Below, piece by piece: positions 37,991-51,347 of a stretch of 64,000 nucleotides of DNA; the first letter of the stretch is position 1, and each line of letters begins with the position of its first letter. The notes below the pieces were generated by a model. The model did no database searches. It worked only from the letters and a program-made list of their open reading frames with translations, and was not told where the DNA came from. The position numbers and the translations under genes were made by a program. Origin of the DNA: Paecilomyces variotii (Eukaryota). Where the stretch lies: assembly GCA_004022145.1 (NCBI GenBank), contig RCNU01000006.1. One strand, given 5' to 3'.

Positions 37991-39332
37991 GACAAGCATC
38001 TAACTATGTATCTAGACTGAAGTCGCCGATAGGTATTATTATAATCTATTCTATATAGTTCCCAGCAAAAACTAGTGGGAGAATAAAGCAAAAGCAATCA
38101 AACCAGGGTAGGTATGTAACTGACAGTTCCTTCATCGTCCTGAGAGACAAGGGTAAGGGGTATGTTATTAACCATTATCCAATAGAATTAACTTGACTTG
38201 CTTGTTTGGACACTCAGGGCCGATATAAAGGGCCGATATAGCTAACTGCCGTAGAGGGGCTTCCCCGCCTGCCTTGCCCCTCTCTCTCTAGACTCTCGTA
38301 GGGTAGCGGGAGAAGCCGATCCAGGTTCCTTTTTTTCTTTCTTTTGCATTGGAAAGGAAAACACGATGATATATATCTCATCTACAGACATATAGACAGC
38401 TGAGCTATGCTATGATCGTCAACATTGACGAAAAACCTAGCTAACCTTGTGGGTTGTTGTAAGGGATATGGTGATGATCTGATCAAAGGTGGGATCCCCG
38501 GTCTCCGTCCGAATTATTGAGAAAAAGAGGCGGCTAGGTAGAAGACCGAGAAGTCCCGAATGATGATGTGAGATGCTGCTTGCAGTAACTAGTTAGTGTG
38601 GCTACTTTGGCACAAAAAAAAAAAAGTCTAAAACAAGATCTTACATGCACATGCATTTTTTCAGTGTTGCGTTGCACATGCGGTGTATATGTGGAGAGGG
38701 TGGACTTTGTTTCTGGGGTTCCGGTTCCTTTTAAGTATCGAGGATGGACAGAGCCTTCATATAGATAGATAGATAGATGGCAATATACCATACTTATCCA
38801 CTACGATGAACTTCCCGTGGATGCCAAGAACAATTGATACGCCTGTCTGATGTGCATAGACGGCGTGGAGACTGAAGCCGATATTAGTTAGTTAGATTAG
38901 CTTAAGTAAAGAAGAGCAAAGCAAGTTCGAAGTGGGGGTTGGGTTTCCCTTGTCGGCCCGCAATAATCAAGTGGAGGAATAAATAACAATTGATAGGAGA
39001 TCAAGAGGTAAATATTAAATAGGCCCCCTGGTCTCCTCTTCTTCTTGACTTTGTGAGATCGTCATCCGGTTGGTGTGCTCGCCCGTACGTATACTTATAA
39101 TATCTATTTATCTGCTTCCTCTGCTCTCTCTCTCTCTCCCTTCATCTTTCCGGTCGCGCCGCGAATACGGACCTCCTCTTCTTGCCTGTCATTCTGCTGG
39201 GCTAACACAGAGAGGTAAACCCCAGTTTCCATGCCATTTCATTGTTGCGGAATTGCCTCCAATCGGCTTGGATGAAGCGATCTAAACTGACATGACAAGA
39301 CGGACATCAGATACTTAGGAGCTCCAATCATC

Positions 39333-40921
39333 ATGTCGAAGGCTCAATCCTTGAGCGCTCAATGCGAAGATATCCTTGCATCTATCAAGGAATTCGAGAA
39401 AACAGACCAGACGGACCGCGCACAACGGTTGAGGCTGGTGCAGTCTCTCAACAAGCTCACGCATCGCTTGAAGGATCCTAAGGAGGCTATATTCGATCAT
39501 TTCACCAACGTATGCCAATCATCGTCTCGCTGTTTTTTTCCTTTCCCGTCAATAATGTGCAAGGTTATGTTGGGTCAAGCGATAAAAACTTATAACTATA
39601 TACTATTGTCTTTGATATCATCGTTCTCTCTTATGAAGTGGACGATGGATCTTTGAGATATAAGAACACAACTGATCGATATTATTATCTGTATCATAGT
39701 TCGTTGAAACATGCAATCTGCGTGGTCTCTTGGAGCTTCGTGTGCCGGAAAACATTCCTCGAGAGGGAAGCATCTCCGCAAAGGAGCTAGCAGCCAAAGT
39801 CAAGGCCGATGAAGCACTCATTGGTGAGTTCCCTTGAAGGAGTTGCATCTAGGATCTGCGGATAGGATACTCATGGATGTTAATTAGTACGTCTAATGCG
39901 CATTACCACTGTAACGGGAATATTCGACATGGTCGGTCCGGATGAATACGCGCATACTCCTTTCTCCCTGGCATACCTGGACGGGCACGAAGTGGACTTC
40001 TTCAAGCTCATGTGAGTTTTCCATTATCATCAGTGGCAGAAGGCGGCGGCTATTCTAACAGATTGAGCACAGGTGCGATGAGATTTTGGTGAATACATCC
40101 AGACTCCCGGAGTATTTCAGAGAGGTCGGTGGCAAGGATACGACAAGCATGACGAGCAATCCCTTTACATGGGGTAACGGGCAAGATGGCAAGACGTTTT
40201 TCGAGATTATTTCCCAGGATCCAAGGCGCATCAAGCAGTTTGATGTTGCCATGTCGACTCAGGATTTCGTCCTTCCCGTCCTGGGCATGTATCCTTTCGG
40301 TACAGAGCTGGCCAATGTGCCCGACAGGGAGACACGACCGTTGATTGTGGATATTGGTGGTGGCAGAGGGCAGTCATTGTTGCAGATCAAAAATGAATGG
40401 CCGGAGTTGCAAGGAAAATTCATCATCCAGGACCGCCCACTAGTTTTGGACTCTTACCCGGAACTTCCAGGCATCGAGAAGATGGCACATGACTTTTTCA
40501 CTCCACAGCCGGTTAAACGTAAGTAGTACATAAATGAACCAAGACTGGAAGTGAGAGATAGGTCGACGATGCTGACGTATAACTACCAGATGCTCATGCT
40601 TACTATATCCGCCGCTGCTTTCACAACTGGACGGACGCTCATTGCCTGAACATCCTCCAGCAGATAGTCCCTGCCATGGCGCCTGATTCACGAGTCCTGA
40701 TAGGAGAAATGGTGGTCCCCGAGTACGGAAGTGAACGACCAGGCGGAGTGGAGGATATGGCCCCGTACTGGATGGATCATGCCATGTTCACCTTTGGAGG
40801 CCGAGAGCGAACCGAGACGGATTGGAAGAAGATGTTCGCAAGCGCTGGGTTGAAGCTGGTGAAGATCTGGCGTAGCCAGGCAGGAAGCCAGACAATTCTT
40901 GAGGCTAGACTGGTGGCATGA
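39333..40921 (+). CDS. O-methyltransferase (Methyltransf_2 / COMT-like, fungal secondary-metabolism type), 5 exons
   Basis: Exons 39333-39509, 39700-39823, 39888-40011, 40073-40518, 40590-40921; winged-helix dimerisation region (ELAAKVKADEALIVRLMR, YAHTPFS), LIVDIGGGRGQ, IIQDRP, HDFFTPQP, YYIRRCFHNWTD, GRERTE. Confidence 0.92.
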
Positions 40922-42318
40922 TCTTGGTGGCCAGTGCAGGACTGCCTAATGACTGTATGATCTTAGAATGTGTCAATATACGATTTGTGACCTTTGCCCC
41001 TTTCCGTCCACTCGGCGAGGATATCGCATGTACCTCACGAGATCTCAAGATGACCAAATTGGCGACGTCGAATGGGGCGTGAGCCTGTGCAAATCCCTAT
41101 GATAGACGATCAGATGAGGCTTGCTTGCGGCTGAGGCTCGCCATGACCGCTAGCTGAAACTATATCACGCCTTCCCTTCTGCTCTGGTTCCCTTCCCGAG
41201 GTATCCTCCTATACTCGGTTCTCGATGAGACCTCAAAAGTCCTAAGCGCCATGTCAGCATTGTTGTCCATGTTATTAACCAAAATAATTGCTCTGCTCTG
41301 GGAGCTATTACTGTTATATGTTAGGACAACGGTGAAGGATGGTGCATTATCTTTAGGCGTGAGCCTATATTGTGTCTGTATAAGTATCTAGTCTCGTGGT
41401 CCCCATCTTGCGGAGTTAAAAGTACAGAAACGATGCTGTAGACAGGAGCCGATGATGACATCAATAGTAAACAACGCAGACAGATGTACTGCGCATGTTG
41501 CCTTGATGGACCTTTGACGCCCAAGCAAAAGGAGAGTAATACATGCAAAAAAGCACCGAGTAAATCACAAACACCTTTCAACACCTCAACCCGGTGCGCT
41601 GGCCCAGCCAGTCACCCATTATACATGTCACTTTCGGCCAAAAAAGCATGACAAAACCAATAGGATACAAAAAAAAAAGGAAAGCCTCTCATGGACCTGT
41701 GCTCATGACAGATCTTATTCGCTGTCTGGATAAGGCTCAACCAAGTAATTATCCAGGAAGGGTCGGAGCACATATACACCAGTGAGAAAGACACAAACAA
41801 ACAAACAAGGGAAATGTCAAGGGGGCGGGAGTCTCGTATGTGTTGCGCCTTGTGTCGCTCATAATAAACAAGGTATGATGGAAGCAGCAGGAAACCGAAT
41901 AGCCGCAAAAAGAAGATATTAGAACACCGACTCCGATATTCGTACAGGGATGGTACAAGATCAAGACGTTTCGGCAGTGGTGCGACACGGACGGCAACCA
42001 AGGATACCGGGCATTTGCGGACGAGTTGGCGGGAGACTGTAATCGTAAAAATGCAGGCGGACAAGCGAGTCGGTCAAGGCCCAGAATGTTCCGTTAATAT
42101 CCGCCAATAATGGCTTCATCTGGAGGGTTGTGAAAGCCACGGGAATCCGTGCGTCGATCTTCCGCCTCACTTTGTCCGGGGCAAATCCCCCAAAGACGCG
42201 CGGAAACCAGCGGGCCCGCGACAAATAGTCTCTCCAGTCCGCCTATTCCGCCAGGTCACCCAATGATAGCGGCCGCTGCGCGTCGCATGCTTTCTGCCCA
42301 GGACGGAGGAGAAGCTGT

Positions 42319-42611
42319 TTATCTCCACCGCGACATGTCGACAGGCCGCTGCTCATAGCTGGGACCTCCCCCGTTATGGACAACGACGACCCTGCCCGGG
42401 GAGCTGCGAGGCGGTGGATTCGAGCCTGTATCAGAACGTTTCGGGTTAGCTTCAGATACTTTCGGGTCGAGGCTGCAGAGGACCAAGGGCAGCGGGCCCG
42501 TCCATTTGGGAGTTGGGACGTACCTCGCACATCAGTCTTGATCTCCCCGGTGCTACCTTTACTGCCCTTGCTGGAGGCAGTAGAGTTGGACGGGGCAATC
42601 TTGTCCATCAT
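42319..42611 (-). CDS. Putative 64-aa small protein, 2 exons (absent as such from the ORF track)
   Basis: Exons 42611-42524 and 42425-42319; intron GTACGT...GCTAAC...CAG; product MMDKIAPSNSTASSKGSKGSTGEIKTDVRGSNPPPRSSPGRVVVVHNGGGPSYEQRPVDMSRWR*; CCAAC start context; TATAAA on the minus strand at ~42865-42870. Confidence 0.65.
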
Positions 42612-45600
42612 GTTGGATATGGTAGACGGAGTATCAATGACGATAAGGTGAGATAAAGAAGGAGTATCGGCGGAACAGTCACCCAAGATGCGATCAAGGT
42701 AACGAGGAGGTCGGCAATGGGAAGTCAACTGTCACAGATGGTTGATTTCCAGGGAAGATCAGGAGAACGTAGAGATAGATAGATCAGGCAGTTATCAGGC
42801 AGATAAGATCTTCAAAGTATGATTAGAAGGTGGCTGAGCAAGGCAGTCACAGAGGCGGATGGAGGGTTTATAGCAACGAGGATGATGGTTGAAATGACTC
42901 TTAAAGTTCTGATGATGGTCTTTGAGACTGATGGAGACAAGAATAGACTGGAAACCAGCAGCCTTTTGTATGATTCTCAGAAGTGAAGGCATCAATGGAA
43001 TGCACCATAGAACTCCGTCGTTGATCGCGCGGTGCAAGACTATCCCCGCTGACTATCCCAGGCCTGTGGGGGAGCAGCCTGTCCAGACCCGACGTCACCG
43101 ACCAGAGACAGGGCAAAGCAACAGTAGGGATGGCATGGAGAAGCGGTCGAGAGAGCGCGAGTCCATGGGATCCCGAATCTGGTATGAACGATCGTTGAGT
43201 TTAGTTTAGGCAAAGTAAAGTCAAGTCAAGTCGACGGTTTGGGCCCTGAGCTGAGGCGTCCCGAATCGGATCTGACACGGCCTGGTCGACCAGGGGCCAG
43301 CACGACCCCTCGAATAATAGTTTTCCCGTGACGCTCATCGCCTCTGTCCCTTTCTTCTTCTGCTTCTTCTTTGGTTTCTTTTTTTGGGCCTGTTCTGGGG
43401 ATCTCTTTGGGCGTAGTTGCGAATTGGCAGCGCCTGGGACCACACACGGGAACCGTCAGGGCTGCGACGGGGGGCAGGACTATTGGAGCAGAGACACGCC
43501 AGGCTCCCAAAGCCGTTCAAGGCAGCAAACCGGAACAAAGATCACCGTCCCTCCACGGAGACTGAGACAATCGATCATTGCCTGTTTCCCTCTCCAACCA
43601 GATGTTAGAGGGCAATAGACTGTGGACGTGGATGGACAGCTGTGGATGCACACTGGATGGTCAATGTTGGAACTGTTGTTGCCTGGCCTGATCGGGTTAA
43701 GCCCAATGTCCAGTGACTTTTCCATTATTGCTTCCACCGCTTCAACTGCTGGCGATCTCGTTTCTGCTAGACTATCATCTATTGGGACTACGCTTAGGAC
43801 GTGGCCCATCTGCATTCCATCTGCAGTTTCATCTGGTTGGCAGTCGACGTGGTACTAACTCACTCACTAGTAGTCACTACTGTCAGGGACAGACGATTCT
43901 CACGGCCTTGATGCATCCTCAGCTGGCCCTGAATGGCTCACCCCTGACGCCCAAAGCTCAAAGCTCCAAGATGGAGTCTAATTCTGGATTGTCATCTGTC
44001 TATTGGGGAATCATCAAGTTGGCCGCAGAGCCTTGTGCGATCCCGGATCGCTTCCGGTCTCCCAAGTGATCCCGAAAAACAGACCTTCTGGCTTACTTAC
44101 AACAGAAGATCGGGACAGACCATTTGGGCGACAATAATCCCACCGCATTTCCTTGCCTCCTCCTCTATCATGCCCAAAGCAAAGGGTCCCTTTACAACGA
44201 CAAGGCTGATGGAGCTTCATAAGCCACACAGGGGAGAGCCAACCAGGTCGTGCCAGCTTGACGAAGCCACTGCTTCTGGCAGGATGTTGTTATTATTGGT
44301 CAATATGCTCTCTAACGGTGTGTTCGCTACTTGTTTCACAGGCGCCTTCTGGCGCCCTTCTAGACCTTCCAGATGCCCCCAGTTTAACCACGCTCCCCTA
44401 GGCGACTTGAGGATCTCAGATGCCGAGGGTAGAGGGCGGGGGATCTAACGCTTGCACAGGCCGCTTCTAACCACCGCGGCACCGCCTGAAGCACCAGCTA
44501 CGGAGTAGTCATGGACAATCTTCGTTGACACGAAACATCGTCTCCGCCTTCCTTTCCCTTTGTGTCTTAGAAAGAACAAACCCCTGTTCTATCCTTGTCT
44601 GCGTGGAGGGTTCTCATATCGACGAATAAAAACGGGAGATTTAACAAGCGATGCAAGCTGGAGATTCCCGCTGCCTCGCCCAGACCGGAAAGCGCTCCCC
44701 GATGCTCTGCACACCGTTGGAAGCTCGTTCAGGGATTGCAGTCGTGCAGCTCTGCTGTGCTATCTATTCACATTGGGACCAGACCACCGAGTCTTGGGCT
44801 TCTAGACCTTCTACGGCTTCTCCACGATGGCTACCGCCAGTCCTCTCCGTTGTCTTCGTAGCGCGTATCGCGGAAGCAACGAAGAGCTTCAACGGGTTGA
44901 CGCTTGACTTACTTACACTACCTTAGATCCATGCAGGTAGCCGTTAGAGGTTCTGCTTCCATATGTACTCCACATCGTGACCCCAGAATTCCTATCCGTA
45001 GACTCCGGGGTGGTATGTTGATATAGCCGATGCCTTTAACGTCTCTGATGATCCACTCTTTCCCGCTGTCAGTGAACCTTGGGGTATCTCGGTAGTGCTA
45101 CTATCCTGATCTCTCTTCTGTCTCGGTAGTCATTGCATCGATAGCAGCAATACAGTTCCTCGCCTCATTTTGATTCGGGACCGCCCGGATGTTGCGGTAA
45201 GTCCTCAGGCAATGGATCTTTTGACGCAATGCAGAGTCTAGAACCAATGGCTATCTGACATTTCTGCAGCCAATAGCCTTTTAGCTTGTCTCAGAACATA
45301 TCTATCTACAAATCAGTTAGAGGCTCAGATTTAGAACTGGAAAAGAAAGAGATAGTAAGTATAGTATGCGCACATCAGTCCCCATTAAACATGATAGTCA
45401 AGACTCTAAGTCCATATTCTCTGTTGCAATGTCTTTGATGACGCGTATAACTATGTCCTTTTGTGTCCTGATTCGCCGCCAACCAATCCTTTCCCGGGAA
45501 TGTATGTACTCTACGGAGTACATGTTACTATACAAAGAAACAATCAAAGACCACTCTTAAGACTCCAGTACCATAACTAGTTATCCCCTATCCATCAACG

Positions 45601-46986
45601 ATTTTCATATCCTCCTCCACTTAGTTATCTACCAGCCCATTCGTACCATGTCTTTCCTCTCCCGATTTCTCCCGTCCGTACGGAGTAAGAAGGGGGCACA
45701 GGCCTCGCCTAATTTAGAAACCTCCAAACAAACAAGTCGAGGTCCGTACTCTCGTAGTAGCCAGCACTAAGTAAACTAGACCTACGGAGTATCTATGATT
45801 CTAGTCCGAGTAGATAGTTACCAACCCACATAGTTACCGAACAACGGTGTCTGTGCTCATGCCCCAGCACCAGCACCAGCACCAGTACGTACCAAGATAG
45901 ATAGCCTAGCCTAGATAGATACCTAGTCTACGAGTAACTTACGACCAGACCAGACCTACCCGAGCAGGTATGTATTACTAACTAGATAACTAACTAACTA
46001 CGGAGCATCTAACTATCTAGACTTAGAATAGATATGTGTCCTCTCCTCTCCCCTCCACTCCACTCCACTCCGCTCCCCTCTAAACTCCTCCCGAACCGAT
46101 CAACATCCCCCACCAATCTTCAAGTACCGCAGCGATGATCCCTTCTAGAACCAGACGTGGGAACATGCAAGAAAGACAAGGCAAGGTCTAGCCATGATGA
46201 TCGTCCTGTCTGGACTTTGAATTCGACTTCGGTCTTGAACTTTGGAGTAGTTAGATATATTGGCAATTGCGAATACGACTCCATAATGGTCAACTAACTA
46301 ATACTAATGCTGTCTCTTGGTTAATAGGTTGCATTTCGTGGCTCGGACCGAGTGGGTGTGTTCTATCTTGCGGTGAAGAGAGGAGGTGCGAGAAGGGAAG
46401 GGAATTTATTTCCGGCTATGTTGCTTGTTGCAATGGGGAGTCTAGATCGTTATGAGTTCGGTTTGAGGGTCGGCATTACAGTATTGTTATTAGTACGTTG
46501 AGGAGGTTTATTCGGTTCTTTATGATGCTCTTTTTCTTGTGAGGATGTTGGCATCTACTTGTCGTTGATTGTATTGTCTGATTGCGTTCTGATGGATTGA
46601 AGGAGCGAGGCACTCGGTAGTGTAGATTCTGATTAACTACACTAACTAGATAGTAGTTGGGTCATTACTTCTCTTTGCTTTGCTTGAGACTTCTATTGTT
46701 GCAATGTTTTCTATTAGAAAGCGCAAGTCTGTATCGGAAATTTTGAGTAAAGGATCGAATTAATTCATTATGTCTATATGAGCAGAAGACCCCAGGTACT
46801 TTCCTCAAGATGAACGCCACCCATAGTCATGAAAATGGTCGAGTACAGTTCGTGATAGCAAATTGGGCATGTATGCTCTATCGTGGTGCTGTTGCGCGAG
46901 GCATCCAATCAGGACAAAGCAGTCAGGACAGTCCAGCCAATCGAGTGCGGTTTCGCTACACATCCAACAAGATGTAATGTTGTCCC

Positions 46987-49900
46987 TTAACCTGGCGGAT
47001 TTCCATTGCCCGCCCTGTTCATTCTGTCGGCCCAACCGTTCATACTGCGCCGAATCCCAAGTGTCTTTCGACCGGTTGTGGACCCTTGTTGATGGACCAT
47101 GGACATCGTGGTCGTGTGGTACGTGGTCGCAGGCCGTACGCGGGCGATGGACTCGGAAGAGTTCTTAATGCCATCACTCACCCACCCTGTCTGATTCTCG
47201 ACGGCGATCTCATTCTCTCTCTGATGTTTGCCCTCCGTCACCTTTGTGCCTGTTGAGGGCCCGGTGAGCCACGTGTACCGGTTGGATTCGGATGCCCCAA
47301 GAGCTGGGCGTGAAGGTGGCCAAGTTCGTGGCTGTATGCGATGCTTGGTCATGGCGGGCGGAATGGTGTACTTTGGGTGTGCACCTTGGCCCCCAGCGAG
47401 ATTTGTCGACCTCTCGGTGCTGGGATCGGGCATTTCCAGTGACTGGTGGCTGGCTGAGACTCGCTGACTGGACGCTTCATTCTTCGACGATGGCTGGCCA
47501 AAGAAATTCGATATGCTGCCTTGTGTCAAACCCGTCTTACGCCCAGCAGAGCGAATCCCGGTCGCTTTGTTCTCAGGGCGGTTCTCGGAAGCTGGTTGAA
47601 CGACATTTTGCGTCGCTAAGTGCTCCCTTGCTGTTGAGAAGCCGCCGGAGAGGGTGGTAGGGATAGAGAAGCTGGAAGAATTGTTCATTGTGTATGTGGA
47701 AGCCGACACGAAATTCGAAGTTTGTATAGCCTGATTCTGGTCGGAACGACGTTTCTTTGAGGGAGGCTCACCATCTAGAACCGACGTACGCGAGCCGTCC
47801 CATCTGGTAACTGTGTCAGGATGTTCCTCGCCTTCAGGTGTCCAGAGGTTGTCCTCTACACTCGGCAGGCCGTCTATTCCTTTCAGCATAGCCTCTTGTG
47901 ACGGTCGGTCCCGGCGCAGGATGTCTGCGATACCATAAACAGTCTTGTCGTGGAACTTTGGTCCAGTGGTTCGAAACTGAAATTCTACTATACGCTGCGT
48001 CAAAAAGGGTGTCTGAGTCGTCTCTTCACCAGTTGTGGAACTTCGACGAGGAAAGCTGAGGTAAAGGAGCGCCTGCGCTCTTGTCATGGCGACGTATAGC
48101 AGCCGCCTTTCTTCGTCGCTATCTTCCGCTCGCGAGTGTGGAATGATACCCTCATATACAGCTGGCACGAAAACAACAGGCCATTCGAGACCCTTTGCCG
48201 CATGTATGGTCGAAATAGTAACTTTCTCCTGCGGCTGATCACCCTCTTCTGCAGTGACCTCTGTGGATAAAGCGACGTTAGCGAGAAACCGAGCCAAGGC
48301 CTCTTCGCCTGGATGAGCGTGTTGTTGTTCAAGGCCTTCGATTTCAGGAAGATTATCGTCCTGCTCAGATGCCATTGGAGAGCCCGAATCATCTCCAGCT
48401 TGGGCTAGGAGCTCTTCCACGTTTGCCCATCTGTTCTCTTCATCCAAGGGATATGTGACTTTGAGATATTCCCTCATGGACAGTTTCTTCATGACGAATT
48501 CTAAGAGCTTCCTAGGTGCCGACTCATCGTTGCATTCGAGCAGTTTTCTTTTTGCGGTCTCTATGAGCCCTACGAAAGAACTGAGGCCCTGGTCGGCCGC
48601 CTTGGATAGACTCTTCTTCGTTGATCTGCGACCCTGTGCCACGTCCTTCACGAAATTCCATAGAGGTATGCCAGCCTCTTCCGCGCCTGCAGTTAGTATT
48701 TTGACTGTCTCATCCCCTATCTTCCGAGAGGGAACGTTGATGATGCGTAAGAGCGCATCTCCGTTCCCAGTGTGGCTCACTACTCGCAGGTAATCCAGGA
48801 GGAGCTTTATCTCGACTCTGTCGAAGAATCGCGATCCGCCAACCATTCGATAAGGGATACCGTTCTTTCCCAGCTCCGACTCAATTTGGCGTGATAGGGA
48901 CGCTGAGCGGAGGAGAATAGCAAAGTCAGAATGGTTCAAAAGGTTTCCCGTCAACGCAACAGATCTCTTGATCTCCATGACTATCCATTGGGCTTCAGCA
49001 GCTGCAGTCGGGAGTCTCCTCAACACCGGCATTGATCCAACGCAATGTGTTGGGTGCAGCTTCTTCGCTGGCCTCGCGGTATCTTGTTCAATGACCTCCT
49101 GTGCGGAAGATAAGATAGACGCCGATGAACGATAGTTCTCTTCCAAAAGAGCCACTGAAGTATCCTTATATAACTTCTGCATGCGCGTGAGGTTCTTGAT
49201 CTCCGCGGAGCGGAAACCGTAGATACTCTGGTCGGGATCACCGACAATCGTGATACGTCTGTTTCTAGCAGCGAAAAGATTCATGAGTTCGAACTGTATG
49301 AGATTAGTATCTTGAAACTCATCCACGAGGACTGCTTGCACGTTAGACACGCAATGCGGATGCTGTCTGAGTAGATCAGCGCATCGCAGTAGCAAATCAT
49401 CGTAGTCAAGAAGGTTGGAGCTCGCCAACGCCAGCTCGTATTCGCGATAAACCTGCACGAACTCCTGCTGGTCAACACCCTTTGTCTGCTTGGCTGCCAA
49501 CTCCTCATGGCTGACACCGTGCGCTTTTTGAGTCGAGATCCTCGACCGCGCCGTGTTGGGCTGGATGTTTAGTCGTAACCGCTTCACGATTCTCTGCCAT
49601 TGAAAACAAAATAAGCAACACTCCTCAACCAACGCTCCAAAAAAAAATTTATCTTCAAAGACGCCTCCATACTTTAATAATCGCCAAACTGTCATTACTA
49701 TCAGCGATACCGAATCCCTTCTGCAGCCCAATCAGATGTCCATAAGCCATCAGATATCGGCGACATATCGAGTGGAAAGTGCCCAGGATCAGCTTCGATT
49801 CGAGCTGGTCTCCAATCAACTTCGCGATTCGCTCCCGCATCTCGCGGCTTGCCTTGATGGTGAACGTGCAGCAGATGACGTCCTGCGGTCGGTATCCATA

Positions 49901-50041
49901 GTGAGAGAGCAAGTACGCTACACGGGCAGTGAGCGTCTTGGTCTTTCCGGAGCCCGGAGGAGCAAGGACCTGAAGGATCGATGCGGGTGAGGTCACGGCG
50001 GCTCGCTGGGCAGCATTGAGCCCGTCGAGAACCGGATCCAT
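46987..50041 (-). CDS. srs2: UvrD/REP-family 3'-5' DNA helicase (Srs2-like), 2 exons, 991 aa
   Basis: Exons 50041-49673 and 49593-46987; LNAAQRAAV, APPGSGKT, TFTIKAS, GTFHS, VDEFQDT, VGDPDQSIYGFR, ENYRS, TIHAAKGLEW, EERRLLYVAMTRA. Confidence 0.93.
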
Positions 50042-50117
50042 GTGGTTTCTTCTTTGGATGTCGAGGAATCCGATCGTTTGTTGGTATTCGGTAGGCGTAT
50101 CGAATCGTGTTGGCGGG

Positions 50118-50148
50118 TGACGCGCTGGAAACGCGGTGTCATGTGACC
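50118..50148 (-). promoter_or_regulatory. MCB-like pair upstream of the Srs2-like helicase
   Basis: ACGCG at 50120-50124 and 50131-50135, with CATGTGAC at 50140-50147, 80-105 bp upstream of the ATG. Confidence 0.4.
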
Positions 50149-51347
50149 GGGAATGTACAGTACATACATACTTGGTCTCTTGAGTTTCCAACCGAGATAT
50201 CTCAGTTTCAAGTTTATACTACTGTTGGGCATTATGCTATTTCTGAGATGGTCTAGGGGAATGTCCGTGGTAGTGAGTACTTGTCGAATCACCCAGCGCC
50301 TTTGACTAGTCCCAGAATCAGAGCGGTTCAATTCCCAATATAATCAATCGACTGCGACTATATCCTCTGTTTAACGAGGGACAAAGGCATCTTAGATCTT
50401 GGAAAAGTTCAGCAGTATTCTACTTTATGGGACTATTTGTCGAAGATTGAATAGCACAGAAGCATAGTCTGACCTGAACACTTTGAATTGCTTGCTTGAA
50501 TCTAGTTCTAGGGGTGGGGGGAGTTGAACCCATATTCATCTCTATAGGTACGCAAAGAATCTAGTAATCTAGTGCATCCTATATCTAGGATTCAAAAAAC
50601 CTGCTGCAAATAGATAATTGACAGATCACCTGGCGTTCGCTTTGTGTGCAGAAACTATTTCACCAACATCTCGCTTAATATACATATGCATGCGTTGAAG
50701 TGCAGTAGATAGTTCTTATATAATAGGGGCCTTTCGCTAGTAGCTGTTTATACCTTATAAGTGTGACCTGCAATAAAAGGAAAAGACGAGATATTTCAGT
50801 TAACCAGAATAATGATTTACAGTCTGTGGGTTATTAATGTAGACAATGCTATTTATTCTTCTTCTTAGCTTGCCAGTCAACTCCATGTGACTTCATATAA
50901 AGCACTATATTTTTTATAGAAACATCCTCCTCCTTTAACAGCGGAGTCCAGATAGTGCAGTGGCTGTTGAATAGTCACTGCTTCATCTAGCTAGAGGCTT
51001 CCTGTTCCCAGTGACGCTGTAGTAATATGGTAGCAATATAAATTTGTCCACCTGTCCCAGAGACTGTAAATATTCCCCAGAAAAATAGAACCGTGCTCGC
51101 CAAAAGCAAGTGGGATTTCCTGACACATCGGCTTCTCCCTCGTACATGAGATAGGTCGATAGGTCGATATGTTGGTATTTTTGTATATTGTTTTAATTCC
51201 CGTAGCATGCTTGATCATAGCCCTTTCCGTAGTCCGTAACCATATACTTCGACGCTGACGTTCCCGCGAGACCCCCAGCAGAGATCCTGCGTCAGGACGT
51301 CATGAGCTGGTAACGAAGCATTTCCTTCGATAAAGAAATGACGAGGG

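Noticed and set aside
43201..43860. Second minus-strand small gene upstream of the micro-gene
   Set aside because: A branch site and acceptor are present, but the donor is weak and no splice combination gave a convincing protein.
49655..50191. N-terminal extension of the helicase suggested by the ORF track
   Set aside because: Non-ATG start; the UvrD fold begins at MDPVLDGLN (50041) and the extension overlaps promoter motifs.
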